A stretch of 64,000 nt of DNA from contig OY970315.1 of NCBI GenBank assembly GCA_963716525.1, positions 3,238,154 to 3,302,153 on the forward strand, read 5' to 3'. Source of the stretch: an uncultured Actinomycetes bacterium. Lineage in GTDB: Bacteria; Actinomycetota; Acidimicrobiia; IMCC26256; PALSA-610. The position numbers and the translations under genes were made by a program. Below are positions 53,888 through 61,728 of the stretch, piece by piece. Under the pieces are notes generated by a model. It saw nothing but the letters and a program-made list of their open reading frames with translations. It was not told the DNA's origin and did not search any database. Each line of letters opens with the position of its first letter. Within the stretch, counting starts at the first letter, position 1.

Positions 53888-55019
53888 CTACCGCGCGCCG
53901 CGTTCGCCACCCACCCAGACGCCCACGACCGGCGAACTGCCGTGCGCCCCCGTCGTGTCGATCGCGACGATGTCGGCGCGCCGCCCGGGTTCGATGCGAC
54001 CGCGCGTGCCGTCGCCCAGCAGATCGCAGGCGTAGCCCGACGTGAGCATCGCGACCCGCGCCGGGTCCACGCCGAGATCCAGCACGTTGCGTGCGGCGCC
54101 GGCGAGGGTGACCGCCGAGCCCGCGAGCGTGCCGTCGCGCAGGTACACCGCTCCGTCGCGTGCGACGATCTCGAGCCCACCCGACGTGCCCGCGCCCGGT
54201 GCGACCGCGTCACTCACGAGCACGACGTGCTCCGTTGCCGCGAGCGCGAGCTGTACCACCGGCGCGCCGACGTGGTGCAGGTCGGCGATCAGGCTCGGCG
54301 TGAGTCGCCCGTCGACGAGCGCGGCCTCCGCGAGACCGGGATCGCGATGGTGCATCGGGCGCATCCCGTTGAAGAGATGGGTGACGACGCGCGCGCCGGC
54401 GTCGGCGGCGGCGACTGCCTCGGCGAACGAACAGGTCGAGTGGCCGAGCGCGACGATCACGCCGCGTTCGGCGAGCAGGCGGGTGCCCACGAGACCGGGG
54501 TCGGCCTCGGGAGCGAGCGTCACCATGCGGACGAGGTCGCCGTGCCGGTCGAGCAGTCGCTCCAGCCACGCGAGGTCGACCGTTCGCAACAGATCGCGCG
54601 GGTGCGCGCCCGGCGCGCCGCCGAGAAACGGTCCCTCGAGGTGCACGCCGAGCAGTGCGCACGACCCATCGGGACGATCCGCGACGAGGTCGCGGCCGCG
54701 GCGAACGCGGTCGAGTATCTCGTCGTAGGCGTCGAGCGGCGCGGTGACGATCGTGGGCAGGCAGGCCGTCGTGCCGCACGACGCCAGCTCGTCGAGCGCC
54801 CGCGCGATCTCGTGCTCGTTGCGCGCGGGTCGCGAAGTCGATGTCGCCGGCACCGTTCACCTGCAGGTCGACGAACCCGGGGAGCAGCACCGCCCCCGAA
54901 AGGTCGACGAAATCGCCACATGCGTCGTTTGGGACCGCTATATGGGCCCCAAACGACGCATGCGCGATCGTGGGGCCGTCGAACTGGAGCCAGCCGTTGG
55001 CGCCGGCGACGGTGGTCAC
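53888..55019 (-). pseudogene. nagA: N-acetylglucosamine-6-phosphate deacetylase NagA, 1-nt insertion near 54828 plus an in-frame 45-nt palindromic-element insertion
   Basis: The N-terminus from GTG 55019 (VTTVAGANGWLQFDGPTIA[HASFGAHIAVPNDAC]GDFVDLSGAVLLPGFVDLQVNGAGDIDF) is in one frame. ARNEHEIARALDEL...GVHLEGPF...ALGHS...THLFNGM... is in the next frame (track ORF 53888..54853). Confidence 0.8.
54919..54962. repeat. 44-bp palindromic element, copy 2 (inside the nagA reading frame, inverted relative to copy 1)
   Basis: CATGCGTCGTTTGGG (54919-54933), the loop ACCGCTATATGGGC, then CCCAAACGACGCATG (54948-54962). The arms are identical to copy 1. The loop matches the reverse complement of the copy-1 loop at 11 of 14 positions. 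Confidence 0.95.
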
Positions 55020-55038
55020 GGCCACCTCCCCGACGGGC

Positions 55039-55773
55039 TCACGGCCGCCGCCGGTTGCCGAGCGCGCGACGCAGCCGCACGAGGCCCCAGAGTGTGCGCG
55101 GCACGCGGCCGAGCAGGGGCGAGCGGGCGGGGCGTCGCTCCACCACCGACACCGGGATCTCCTCGACGGCGAGGCCGGCCCGCTCGGCCCGCAGGATGAG
55201 CTCGGTGTCGAACAGGTCACGGCCGAGCGTGCACTCCTGCGCGCAGCCGAGCAGCGCCGCGCGCCGCATCGCCTTCATTCCGTGGGTGTCCGACGCCCGC
55301 AGGCCGAAGCCAGCGCGCAGGATCATCGAGAACATCCACGTCACCAGGCGCCGGGCCCAGCTCCGGCGGTCATCCGCGCCGGGTGCCCGCTTCGAGCCGA
55401 CCACCACCGCGGGCCCGTCCGCGGCGCGCAGCCGCGTGATCGCACGGTCGAGGAAGTCGGTGTCGTAGTAGTCGCAGTCGAAGTTCACGACGAGCTCGCC
55501 GCGTGCGTCCAGCAGCCCGGCGCGCAGTGCGCCGCCATAGTCGGCGACGGCACGGTGCAGCACCCGCACCTCGGGGATCGCACCGCCGAGGCGGCGCGCG
55601 ATCGCGAGCGTGTCGTCGGTGGAGCCGTTCTCGACGACGACGACCTCGAAGGCATCGCCCCGCGCCCGCAACTGTTCCGTGACGTGCTCCACCGATTCGG
55701 CGAGGATCTCCGACTCGTTGAAGGCTGGCATCACCACCGACAGCGCAACGCTCCCACCGGCGGCGCCTTGCAT
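55039..55773 (-). CDS. Family 2 glycosyltransferase (polyprenol-phosphate sugar transferase-like)
   Basis: ATG 55773. LSVVMPAFNESE, VVVVENGSTDDT and NFDCDYYD (the DxD region). It lies in the tail of track ORF 55039..57444. Confidence 0.8.
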   Translation of the reverse strand: MQGAAGGSVALSVVMPAFNESEILAESVEHVTEQLRARGDAFEVVVVENGSTDDTLAIARRLGGAIPEVRVLHRAVADYGGALRAGLLDARGELVVNFDCDYYDTDFLDRAITRLRAADGPAVVVGSKRAPGADDRRSWARRLVTWMFSMILRAGFGLRASDTHGMKAMRRAALLGCAQECTLGRDLFDTELILRAERAGLAVEEIPVSVVERRPARSPLLGRVPRTLWGLVRLRRALGNRRRP

Positions 55774-55827
55774 CGTGCGTACAGTACCGACCGGCCGTGA
55801 GCAGAGCGAACGAGGGGTAGGACGCAC

Positions 55828-57465
55828 ATGGCGGCAACCGATGTGCTCGCGTTGCACGCCCGCTCGATGCCCGACGCGGTCGCGGTCGTCGTCGACGCGA
55901 GCGGCGGCGGGCGCACGTCGACCACGACGTTCGCCGCATTGAACGACCTTGTGAACACGTGCGCGCACGGGTTGCTCGACGCCGGCGGGCGCGCGGGGGA
56001 GCGCCTCGTGTGGTGCGGGCCGAACTCGCTCGAGGTGCTCGTGACCATCCATGCGGCCCGCAAGCTGGGCATGGTGGCCGTGCCGCTCTCGTACCGGTTC
56101 ACCGCCGAGGAGATGGCGTACGTCGTCGAGAACTCCGACGCGACGCTGGTGGTCGCCGACGCCGATCAGGCCGAGACGGTGATCGCGGCCACGGCCGGGT
56201 CGGCGCGCGTCCGCGCGGTCGTGGTGTTCGGTGGCGAGGTGCCCGCCAGGACAGCGGGCGGGACATCGGGCGGGACACCGGGCGGGACATCGAGCGGGAC
56301 ATCGGGTGGGGCGCTCTCGTGGGACGGGCTGCTCGCGGGCCGGCCCACCACCGAACCGCCGGCGCCCGAGCATGCCTCGGAGGCCGGCGCGCAGATGATC
56401 TACACGAGCGGCACCACGGGAAAGCCGAAGGGCGCGCTGCGCACGCGCACCGACCGCTCGATCGTGTCGGCGCTGCTCGCCGAGCTCGGGCTCGGACAGG
56501 CCGACGACGTGCACCTCACCACGGGCCCGCTCTACCACTCGGGGCCGCTCGCCTTCGCCTCGATGAGCCACACGCTCGGCCGTCCAGTGGTCGTGCTGCG
56601 CCGCTTCGATCCGGTTGCGTGGTTGCGCCTCGTGGGGGAACACCGCGTCACCAACACGTTCAGCGCGCCCACGCAGCTGAAGCGCATCGTGTCGCTGCCG
56701 CCCGAGGAGCTCGCCGGCGCCGACATGTCGTCGATGCGCTGCCTCATCGCCAATGCCGCGCCCGTGCCGTATGCGCTCAAGTGCGAGGTCGTGGAGAAGC
56801 TCGGCGACGGCTTCCTCTACGAGGTGTACGGCTCCACGGAGCTCGGCGTCGACACGGTGCTGCGGCCCGAGGACCAGTTGCGCAAGCCCGGTTCGTGCGG
56901 CCGCCCCTACGGCGGCATCGAGGTGAAGGTGGTGCAGGACGACGGCACCGCCGCGCCGCGCGGCACCGCGGGCGAGCTGTTCGTGCGCACCGGCCTCGCG
57001 ATGGACGGCTACCACAAGACCGCGGAGCAGGTCACCGAGCTCGCGGGGAGTGGGGGTGGAGACCCATCCGGATGGAAGTCGGTCGGCGACGTGGCCTACG
57101 TCGACGACGAGGGCTACGTGTACATCTGCGACCGCAAGAAGGACATGATCATCTCCGGGGGCGTGAACATCTACCCGGCCGAGATCGAGGCGGTGCTCCA
57201 CGCGCACCCGGCGGTGCTCGACGCGGCCGTGTTCGGCGTGCCCGACGACGAGTGGGGCGAAGCGGTGCACGCGGTGGTGCAGGCGAAGCCCGGTATCACA
57301 CTCGATCTGGACGAGCTCGCCGCGTTCGCCAATGAACGGCTGGCCGGCTACAAGCGGCCGCGCACGTGGGAGCAACGCGACGAGCTGCCGCGCACCGAGA
57401 GCGGCAAGCTGCTGAAGCGCGTTCTGCGTGACGAGCACTGGCACGGTCGCACCACGCAGGTGTGA
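55828..57465 (+). CDS. AMP-forming acyl-CoA synthetase (FadD-like adenylate-forming enzyme)
   Basis: 545-aa ORF with the AMP-binding motifs IYTSGTTGKPKGA, EVYGSTE, GDVAYVDDEGYVYICDRKKDMII and a C-terminal lysine (SGKLLKR). Confidence 0.85.
   Translation: MAATDVLALHARSMPDAVAVVVDASGGGRTSTTTFAALNDLVNTCAHGLLDAGGRAGERLVWCGPNSLEVLVTIHAARKLGMVAVPLSYRFTAEEMAYVVENSDATLVVADADQAETVIAATAGSARVRAVVVFGGEVPARTAGGTSGGTPGGTSSGTSGGALSWDGLLAGRPTTEPPAPEHASEAGAQMIYTSGTTGKPKGALRTRTDRSIVSALLAELGLGQADDVHLTTGPLYHSGPLAFASMSHTLGRPVVVLRRFDPVAWLRLVGEHRVTNTFSAPTQLKRIVSLPPEELAGADMSSMRCLIANAAPVPYALKCEVVEKLGDGFLYEVYGSTELGVDTVLRPEDQLRKPGSCGRPYGGIEVKVVQDDGTAAPRGTAGELFVRTGLAMDGYHKTAEQVTELAGSGGGDPSGWKSVGDVAYVDDEGYVYICDRKKDMIISGGVNIYPAEIEAVLHAHPAVLDAAVFGVPDDEWGEAVHAVVQAKPGITLDLDELAAFANERLAGYKRPRTWEQRDELPRTESGKLLKRVLRDEHWHGRTTQV
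56255..56314 (+). repeat. Imperfect 12-bp x5 in-frame tandem repeat inside the acyl-CoA synthetase gene
   Basis: The units are gcgggcgggaca / tcgggcgggaca / ccgggcgggaca / tcgagcgggaca / tcgggtggggcg. They encode AGGTSGGTPGGTSSGTSGGA. Confidence 0.9.
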
Positions 57466-58136
57466 CGGCCATAGATTCCGCAGCCATGCCCACGTTGTCG
57501 GAAGCGGCCTCGAAGGCGTTGCTCGCGGCGCACGGGGTGCCGATGCCCACTGAGCGCACGGTGCCGGACGCCGACGGCGCGGTCGCGGCGGCGCGCGACC
57601 TCGGCTGGCCCGTGGTGGTGAAGCTCTGCGGCGACGCGATCGCGCACAAGACCGAGCGTGGCCTCGTTCGCCTCGACCTGCGCGACGACGCGGCTGTGCG
57701 CGACGCGGCGAGCGCGCTGCTCGCCGCGGCCACGACCGACGACGGCCCGGTGGAGCTGCTCGTTGCGCCGATGGTGCGCGGCACGCGCGAGCTCATCGCC
57801 GGCCTCGTGGACGACCCCCAGTTCGGCGCCTGCGTGATGCTCGGCGTCGGCGGTGTGCTCGCCGAGGCGATTGCCGACGTCTCGTTCCGGCTGGTGCCGA
57901 TCGGCGAGGCCGACGCCCGCGCGATGATCGACGATCTCGCGAGCCAGCCGCTGCTCGGCCCCTCACGCGGCGAGCCAGCGGTCGATCGTGACGCGCTCGT
58001 CGCGGTGTTGCTCGGGCTGTCGGCGGTCGCAGTGCGCGATCCGCGGGTGCGCGCGGTCGACCTGAACCCGCTCGTGGTCGCGCCGGCCGACGGCCGCCCG
58101 GTGGCGGTCGACGCGCTGGTGGAGATCCGCTCGTGA
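57462..58136 (+). CDS. ADP-forming acyl-CoA synthetase, ATP-grasp (beta) subunit
   Basis: The start overlaps the fadD-like stop. LSEAASKALLAAHGVPMP...WPVVVKL...HKTERGLVRL is the ATP-grasp_5 pattern of NDP-forming acetyl-CoA synthetases. Confidence 0.75.
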   Translation: MTAIDSAAMPTLSEAASKALLAAHGVPMPTERTVPDADGAVAAARDLGWPVVVKLCGDAIAHKTERGLVRLDLRDDAAVRDAASALLAAATTDDGPVELLVAPMVRGTRELIAGLVDDPQFGACVMLGVGGVLAEAIADVSFRLVPIGEADARAMIDDLASQPLLGPSRGEPAVDRDALVAVLLGLSAVAVRDPRVRAVDLNPLVVAPADGRPVAVDALVEIRS

Positions 58137-59611
58137 CCGGCGACGCGCCCACACGCCGGCAGTTCCAGGCGCTGTTCGAGCCGAGGGGCGTCGTGGTCGC
58201 GGGCGCGTCGAGCCACCCCGGAAAGTTCGGCTTCGTGGCGCTGCACAACATCCTCGCATGCGGCTACGAGGGCGCCGTCGCGGCCACGAACCGCGACGGC
58301 GGCACCGTGCTCGGCATCGACACCGTCACCGACGTCGACGCGCTCGCGAACGACACCTATGACCTCGTGTTCGTGTGCACTCCCCCGGGCGCGAACCCCG
58401 ACCTCCTGCGGGCCTGCGCGCGCAGGGGCATCCGGGCGGCGTTCGTCACGAGCGCCGGCTACGGCGAGGCGGGCGAGGCGGGCCGCCGCGCCGAGCGCGA
58501 GCTCGTCGCGCTGGCCGGCGAGCTCGGGATCCTGCTCGCGGGCCCGAACGGCCAGGGCGTGGTGAGCACGCCCGTGTCGCTGTGCGCGCAAATCGTGGCG
58601 CCCTACCCGCCCACAGGGCGCATCGGGATCGCCAGCCAGTCGGGCAACTTCGTATCGAGCTTCATGAACCTCGCGCACCAGACCGGCGTGGGTGTGAGCC
58701 GCGCGGTCAGCGCAGGGAACGCGGCCGCGGTCGGCGTGGCCGACTATCTCGACTTCTACGCCGACGACCCGAGCACGGCGGTAGGGCTCGCGTACCTCGA
58801 AGGTGTGATCGACGGCCGCGCGCTCTACGAACGCCTCACACGGATCACCGCGAAGCAACCGCTCGTGCTGCTGAAGGGCGGGGTGACGAGCGGCGGGCAA
58901 CGTGCCGCGGCGAGCCACACCGGCAGCCTGGCGTCGAACGACCGCATCTTCGACGGCATGCTCCGCCAAGCGGGGGTCACCCGTGCCGTCGACGTGGAGG
59001 ACGCGTTCGAAGCGGCCGCCACGTTCGCCACGCAGCCGATCCCGAAGGGTCCGCGCACGGTCGTGATCACCACGGCCGGCGGTTGGGGTGTCGTCACCGC
59101 CGATGCGATCGCACGCAGCGCGCTCGAGCTCGCGCCACTGCCCGACGACCTGCGCGCCTCCATCGACGCCAAGCTCCCGCCTCGATGGAGCCGCAACAAC
59201 CCGATCGATCTCGCCGGCGGGGAGACGCGCGACACGATCCCCGAGGTGCTCGACCTCGTGGCCGGCCACCCCGAGATCGACGCGATCGTGTATCTGGGGC
59301 TCGGCATCCAGTCGAACCAGGCTGCGCTGATGCGCCGCGGTCGCTTCTATCCCGACCACGGTCTCGAGCGCATCGTGGCGTATCACGAGCGTCAGGACGC
59401 GCGTTTCGCGCAAGCGGCGGCCGACGTGTCGGCTGCTACCGGCAAGCCGATCCTCACGGCTACGGAACTCGCGGTGGCCGACCCCGGCAATGCCGGCGTC
59501 GCGGCGGTCCGGGCGGCGGGTCGCGTGTGCTACCCGAGCGCGCATCGGGCGGTTCGCGCGCTCGAGCATCTCTGGCGGCACGCCCGCTATCGTGAGCAGC
59601 GAGAGGGGTAA
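58133..59611 (+). CDS. ADP-forming acyl-CoA synthetase, CoA-binding/ligase (alpha) subunit
   Basis: FEPRGVVVAGASSHPGKFG (CoA-binding), GPNGQGVVS, and the phospho-histidine loop AAASHTGSLAS. Confidence 0.8.
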   Translation: MTGDAPTRRQFQALFEPRGVVVAGASSHPGKFGFVALHNILACGYEGAVAATNRDGGTVLGIDTVTDVDALANDTYDLVFVCTPPGANPDLLRACARRGIRAAFVTSAGYGEAGEAGRRAERELVALAGELGILLAGPNGQGVVSTPVSLCAQIVAPYPPTGRIGIASQSGNFVSSFMNLAHQTGVGVSRAVSAGNAAAVGVADYLDFYADDPSTAVGLAYLEGVIDGRALYERLTRITAKQPLVLLKGGVTSGGQRAAASHTGSLASNDRIFDGMLRQAGVTRAVDVEDAFEAAATFATQPIPKGPRTVVITTAGGWGVVTADAIARSALELAPLPDDLRASIDAKLPPRWSRNNPIDLAGGETRDTIPEVLDLVAGHPEIDAIVYLGLGIQSNQAALMRRGRFYPDHGLERIVAYHERQDARFAQAAADVSAATGKPILTATELAVADPGNAGVAAVRAAGRVCYPSAHRAVRALEHLWRHARYREQREG

Positions 59612-59692
59612 GAACAGCAGGTCGATCGCGACCGGACGGCTGCCGAGACGCTCGCCGCGTCGCCGGAGGCGACGCAACGAACAGGAGTGCAC

Positions 59693-60034
59693 GTGCCCGA
59701 CAAGGCGCCCCGGCAACAGGTCGACGAGCTCAAGGACCTCGTCGTCGCGTACGCGCAACAGGAGACGATCGACCCCCTCAAGGCCCTCGGTCGCTACATC
59801 GCCTGGGCGATCAGCGGCGCGGTCCTCCTGGGTGTGGGTGTGGTGTTCGTGAGCATCGCATCGATCCGCCTCCTGCAGACCGAAGGACCCGACTGGCTGC
59901 ACAAGCGCGGCTGGTCGACGACGTACCCGTACCTGATCGTGCTCGTGCTGCTCCTCGTGGGTGCGGTGCTCACGCTGCGCCAGACGCGCAAGCGCCCGTC
60001 GCGCGACCGCCACTCGACCAAGGATGCCGCATGA
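59693..60034 (+). CDS. Small two-TM membrane protein (hypothetical)
   Basis: GTG 59693 lies 5 nt after AGGAG (GTG 59687 is also possible). Two hydrophobic helices are present. Confidence 0.5.
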   Translation: MPDKAPRQQVDELKDLVVAYAQQETIDPLKALGRYIAWAISGAVLLGVGVVFVSIASIRLLQTEGPDWLHKRGWSTTYPYLIVLVLLLVGAVLTLRQTRKRPSRDRHSTKDAA

Positions 60035-60552
60035 CGCCGTCTTCGAAGGAAGCCAAGCCGCGCATCACGCGTGACGACATCGAGGCGAAGCTGCGCGACA
60101 TCGCGGGGCCGGTCGAGGACAACGTCGAGCGCGCGCAATCGATGGCGGTCGCCGTAGGTGTCGCGGTGGGTGCGGTGCTCGTGATCACCGCGTACGTTCT
60201 CGGGCGGCGCCGGGGCCGGAAGCGCACGCCGGTCGTGGAGATCCGGCGCGTCGTAGGGCGCATCGGGCACCGCATGGAATCGATCGTCAATCGCATCTTT
60301 CGCGCCGGTGTGCGGCGCGGCGTCGGCGGCTCGCAGCCGTGGATGGTGGTCGCGGTCGTCGCCGGCACGGTGCGGGTGCTGCGGCGCGTCGCGAGCCCGA
60401 AGCCCGAGGTGGTGTGGCGCCAGGCGATGCGCCCCGGTGACCGCTTCGAGATCGCCGTGTCGGATGCGCCGCCCACGCGCCGGCAGCGCCGGCGGGCGAA
60501 GGGTCGCGCCGAGAAGGCGGCGCGCGAAGCGCAAGTAGCTTGCGCCCCATGA
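60031..60552 (+). CDS. Hypothetical membrane protein
   Basis: The ATG overlaps the previous stop (ATGA). One central TM helix is followed by basic tails. It could hide two adjacent small genes, since there is an internal ATG at 60274. Confidence 0.4.
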   Translation: MTPSSKEAKPRITRDDIEAKLRDIAGPVEDNVERAQSMAVAVGVAVGAVLVITAYVLGRRRGRKRTPVVEIRRVVGRIGHRMESIVNRIFRAGVRRGVGGSQPWMVVAVVAGTVRVLRRVASPKPEVVWRQAMRPGDRFEIAVSDAPPTRRQRRRAKGRAEKAAREAQVACAP

Positions 60553-60749
60553 AGGTGGTGCTGCGCAACCCACGGCGAGAGCTCGAGATCGCCGGTCCCA
60601 CCACCGTGCAGCGCCTGCTCGGCCAGCTCGACATCGTCGCCGAGTCGGTGCTCGTGATCCGCAACGACGAGCTCGTCACCCGCGACGCGCACCTCACCGA
60701 CGCCGACACCGTCGAGATCCGCCCGGTCGTCTCCGGCGGTGCTCAGTGA
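60549..60749 (+). CDS. ThiS/MoaD-fold sulfur-carrier protein, TtuB-like, ending GG-AQ
   Basis: MKVVLRNPRRELEIAGPTTVQRLLGQLDIVAESVLVIRNDELVTRDAHLTDADTVEIRPVVSGGAQ has the length and pattern of Thermus TtuB (MRVVLR...SAISGG as I recall it). It sits directly upstream of a TtuA-type gene. Confidence 0.65.
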   Translation: MKVVLRNPRRELEIAGPTTVQRLLGQLDIVAESVLVIRNDELVTRDAHLTDADTVEIRPVVSGGAQ

Positions 60750-60780
60750 GCCCGCCGGGCCGCCGGAGGCGGCACACGGC

Positions 60781-61728
60781 ATGAAATGCACCCGGTGCAA
60801 AGCCCCTGCGGTGCTCGACATCCGGCGGCACAACGCGGCGTTCTGCGCCGGCTGCTTCGTGCACCACTGCCGCGAGCAGGTGCGGCGCGCCGTCGACGAC
60901 TACGACATGCTCACGCCCGGCGACCGCGTGCTCGTGGCGGTGTCGGGCGGCAAGGACTCGCTCGCGGCCTGGGACATCCTCGCCGATCTCGGCTACCAGG
61001 CCGACGGGCTCTACGTCGGCCTCGGCATCGGCGACTACTCGCAGGCGTCCTGGCGCAGCGCACGCGCCTACGCCGACGGCCGCGGCCTCACCCTGCGCGA
61101 GGTCGACCTCCCGGGCGAGTACGGCTTCGACATCCCGACGGGCGCCCCGGCGGCGCGGCGCGCGCCGTGCAGCGCGTGCGGCCTGTCGAAGCGGCACCTG
61201 TTCAACCAGGCCGCCCTCGACGGCGGGTACGACGTGGTGGCCACGGGCCACAACCTCGACGACGAGGCCGCGGTGCTGCTCGGCAACGTGCTGCGGTGGG
61301 ACGCCACGTACCTCGCGCGCCAGTATCCGGTGCTGCCCGCGAGCGACGGCTTCGTGAAGAAGGTGAAGCCGCTCGTGCGGCTCGGTGAGCGGGAGATGGC
61401 CGCGTACTGCGTGGTACGGGGCATCGACTACATCGTCGAGGAGTGCCCGATGGCCGAAGGCAACCGGCATCTCGGCTACAAGGACGTCCTGAACCGCCTC
61501 GAGGAACAGTCGCCCGGAACCAAGACGGTGTTCGTCGCCGGCTTCCACGATCGCGCCCACGCCCGTTTCGCCGATGTCGCCGAAGCTGAGCGGGCCGAGC
61601 TCGTGCACTGCCGCGAGTGCGGCGCCCCCACCACGGGTGACGTGTGCGCGTTCTGCCGCCTCCGCGACCGCGCGTCGGGCGCGCCGGTGGCCTCGCCGCG
61701 CCGCCGCGGCAAGAGTGAGAAGTCGTGA
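60781..61728 (+). CDS. ttuA: TtuA/NcsA-type PP-loop tRNA 2-thiolation ATPase (Fe-S dependent)
   Basis: N-terminal zinc finger CTRC...CAGC, PP-loop VSGGKDS, cluster cysteines CSAC and ECP, and a C-terminal zinc finger CREC...CAFC. Confidence 0.8.
   Translation: MKCTRCKAPAVLDIRRHNAAFCAGCFVHHCREQVRRAVDDYDMLTPGDRVLVAVSGGKDSLAAWDILADLGYQADGLYVGLGIGDYSQASWRSARAYADGRGLTLREVDLPGEYGFDIPTGAPAARRAPCSACGLSKRHLFNQAALDGGYDVVATGHNLDDEAAVLLGNVLRWDATYLARQYPVLPASDGFVKKVKPLVRLGEREMAAYCVVRGIDYIVEECPMAEGNRHLGYKDVLNRLEEQSPGTKTVFVAGFHDRAHARFADVAEAERAELVHCRECGAPTTGDVCAFCRLRDRASGAPVASPRRRGKSEKS

Noticed and set aside
59687-60552. A holin or prophage lysis cassette (two small membrane proteins)
   Set aside because: There is no endolysin, no phage structural or integrase genes, and no att-like repeats nearby. 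The flanking genes are core metabolism. Small TM proteins alone are insufficient evidence.
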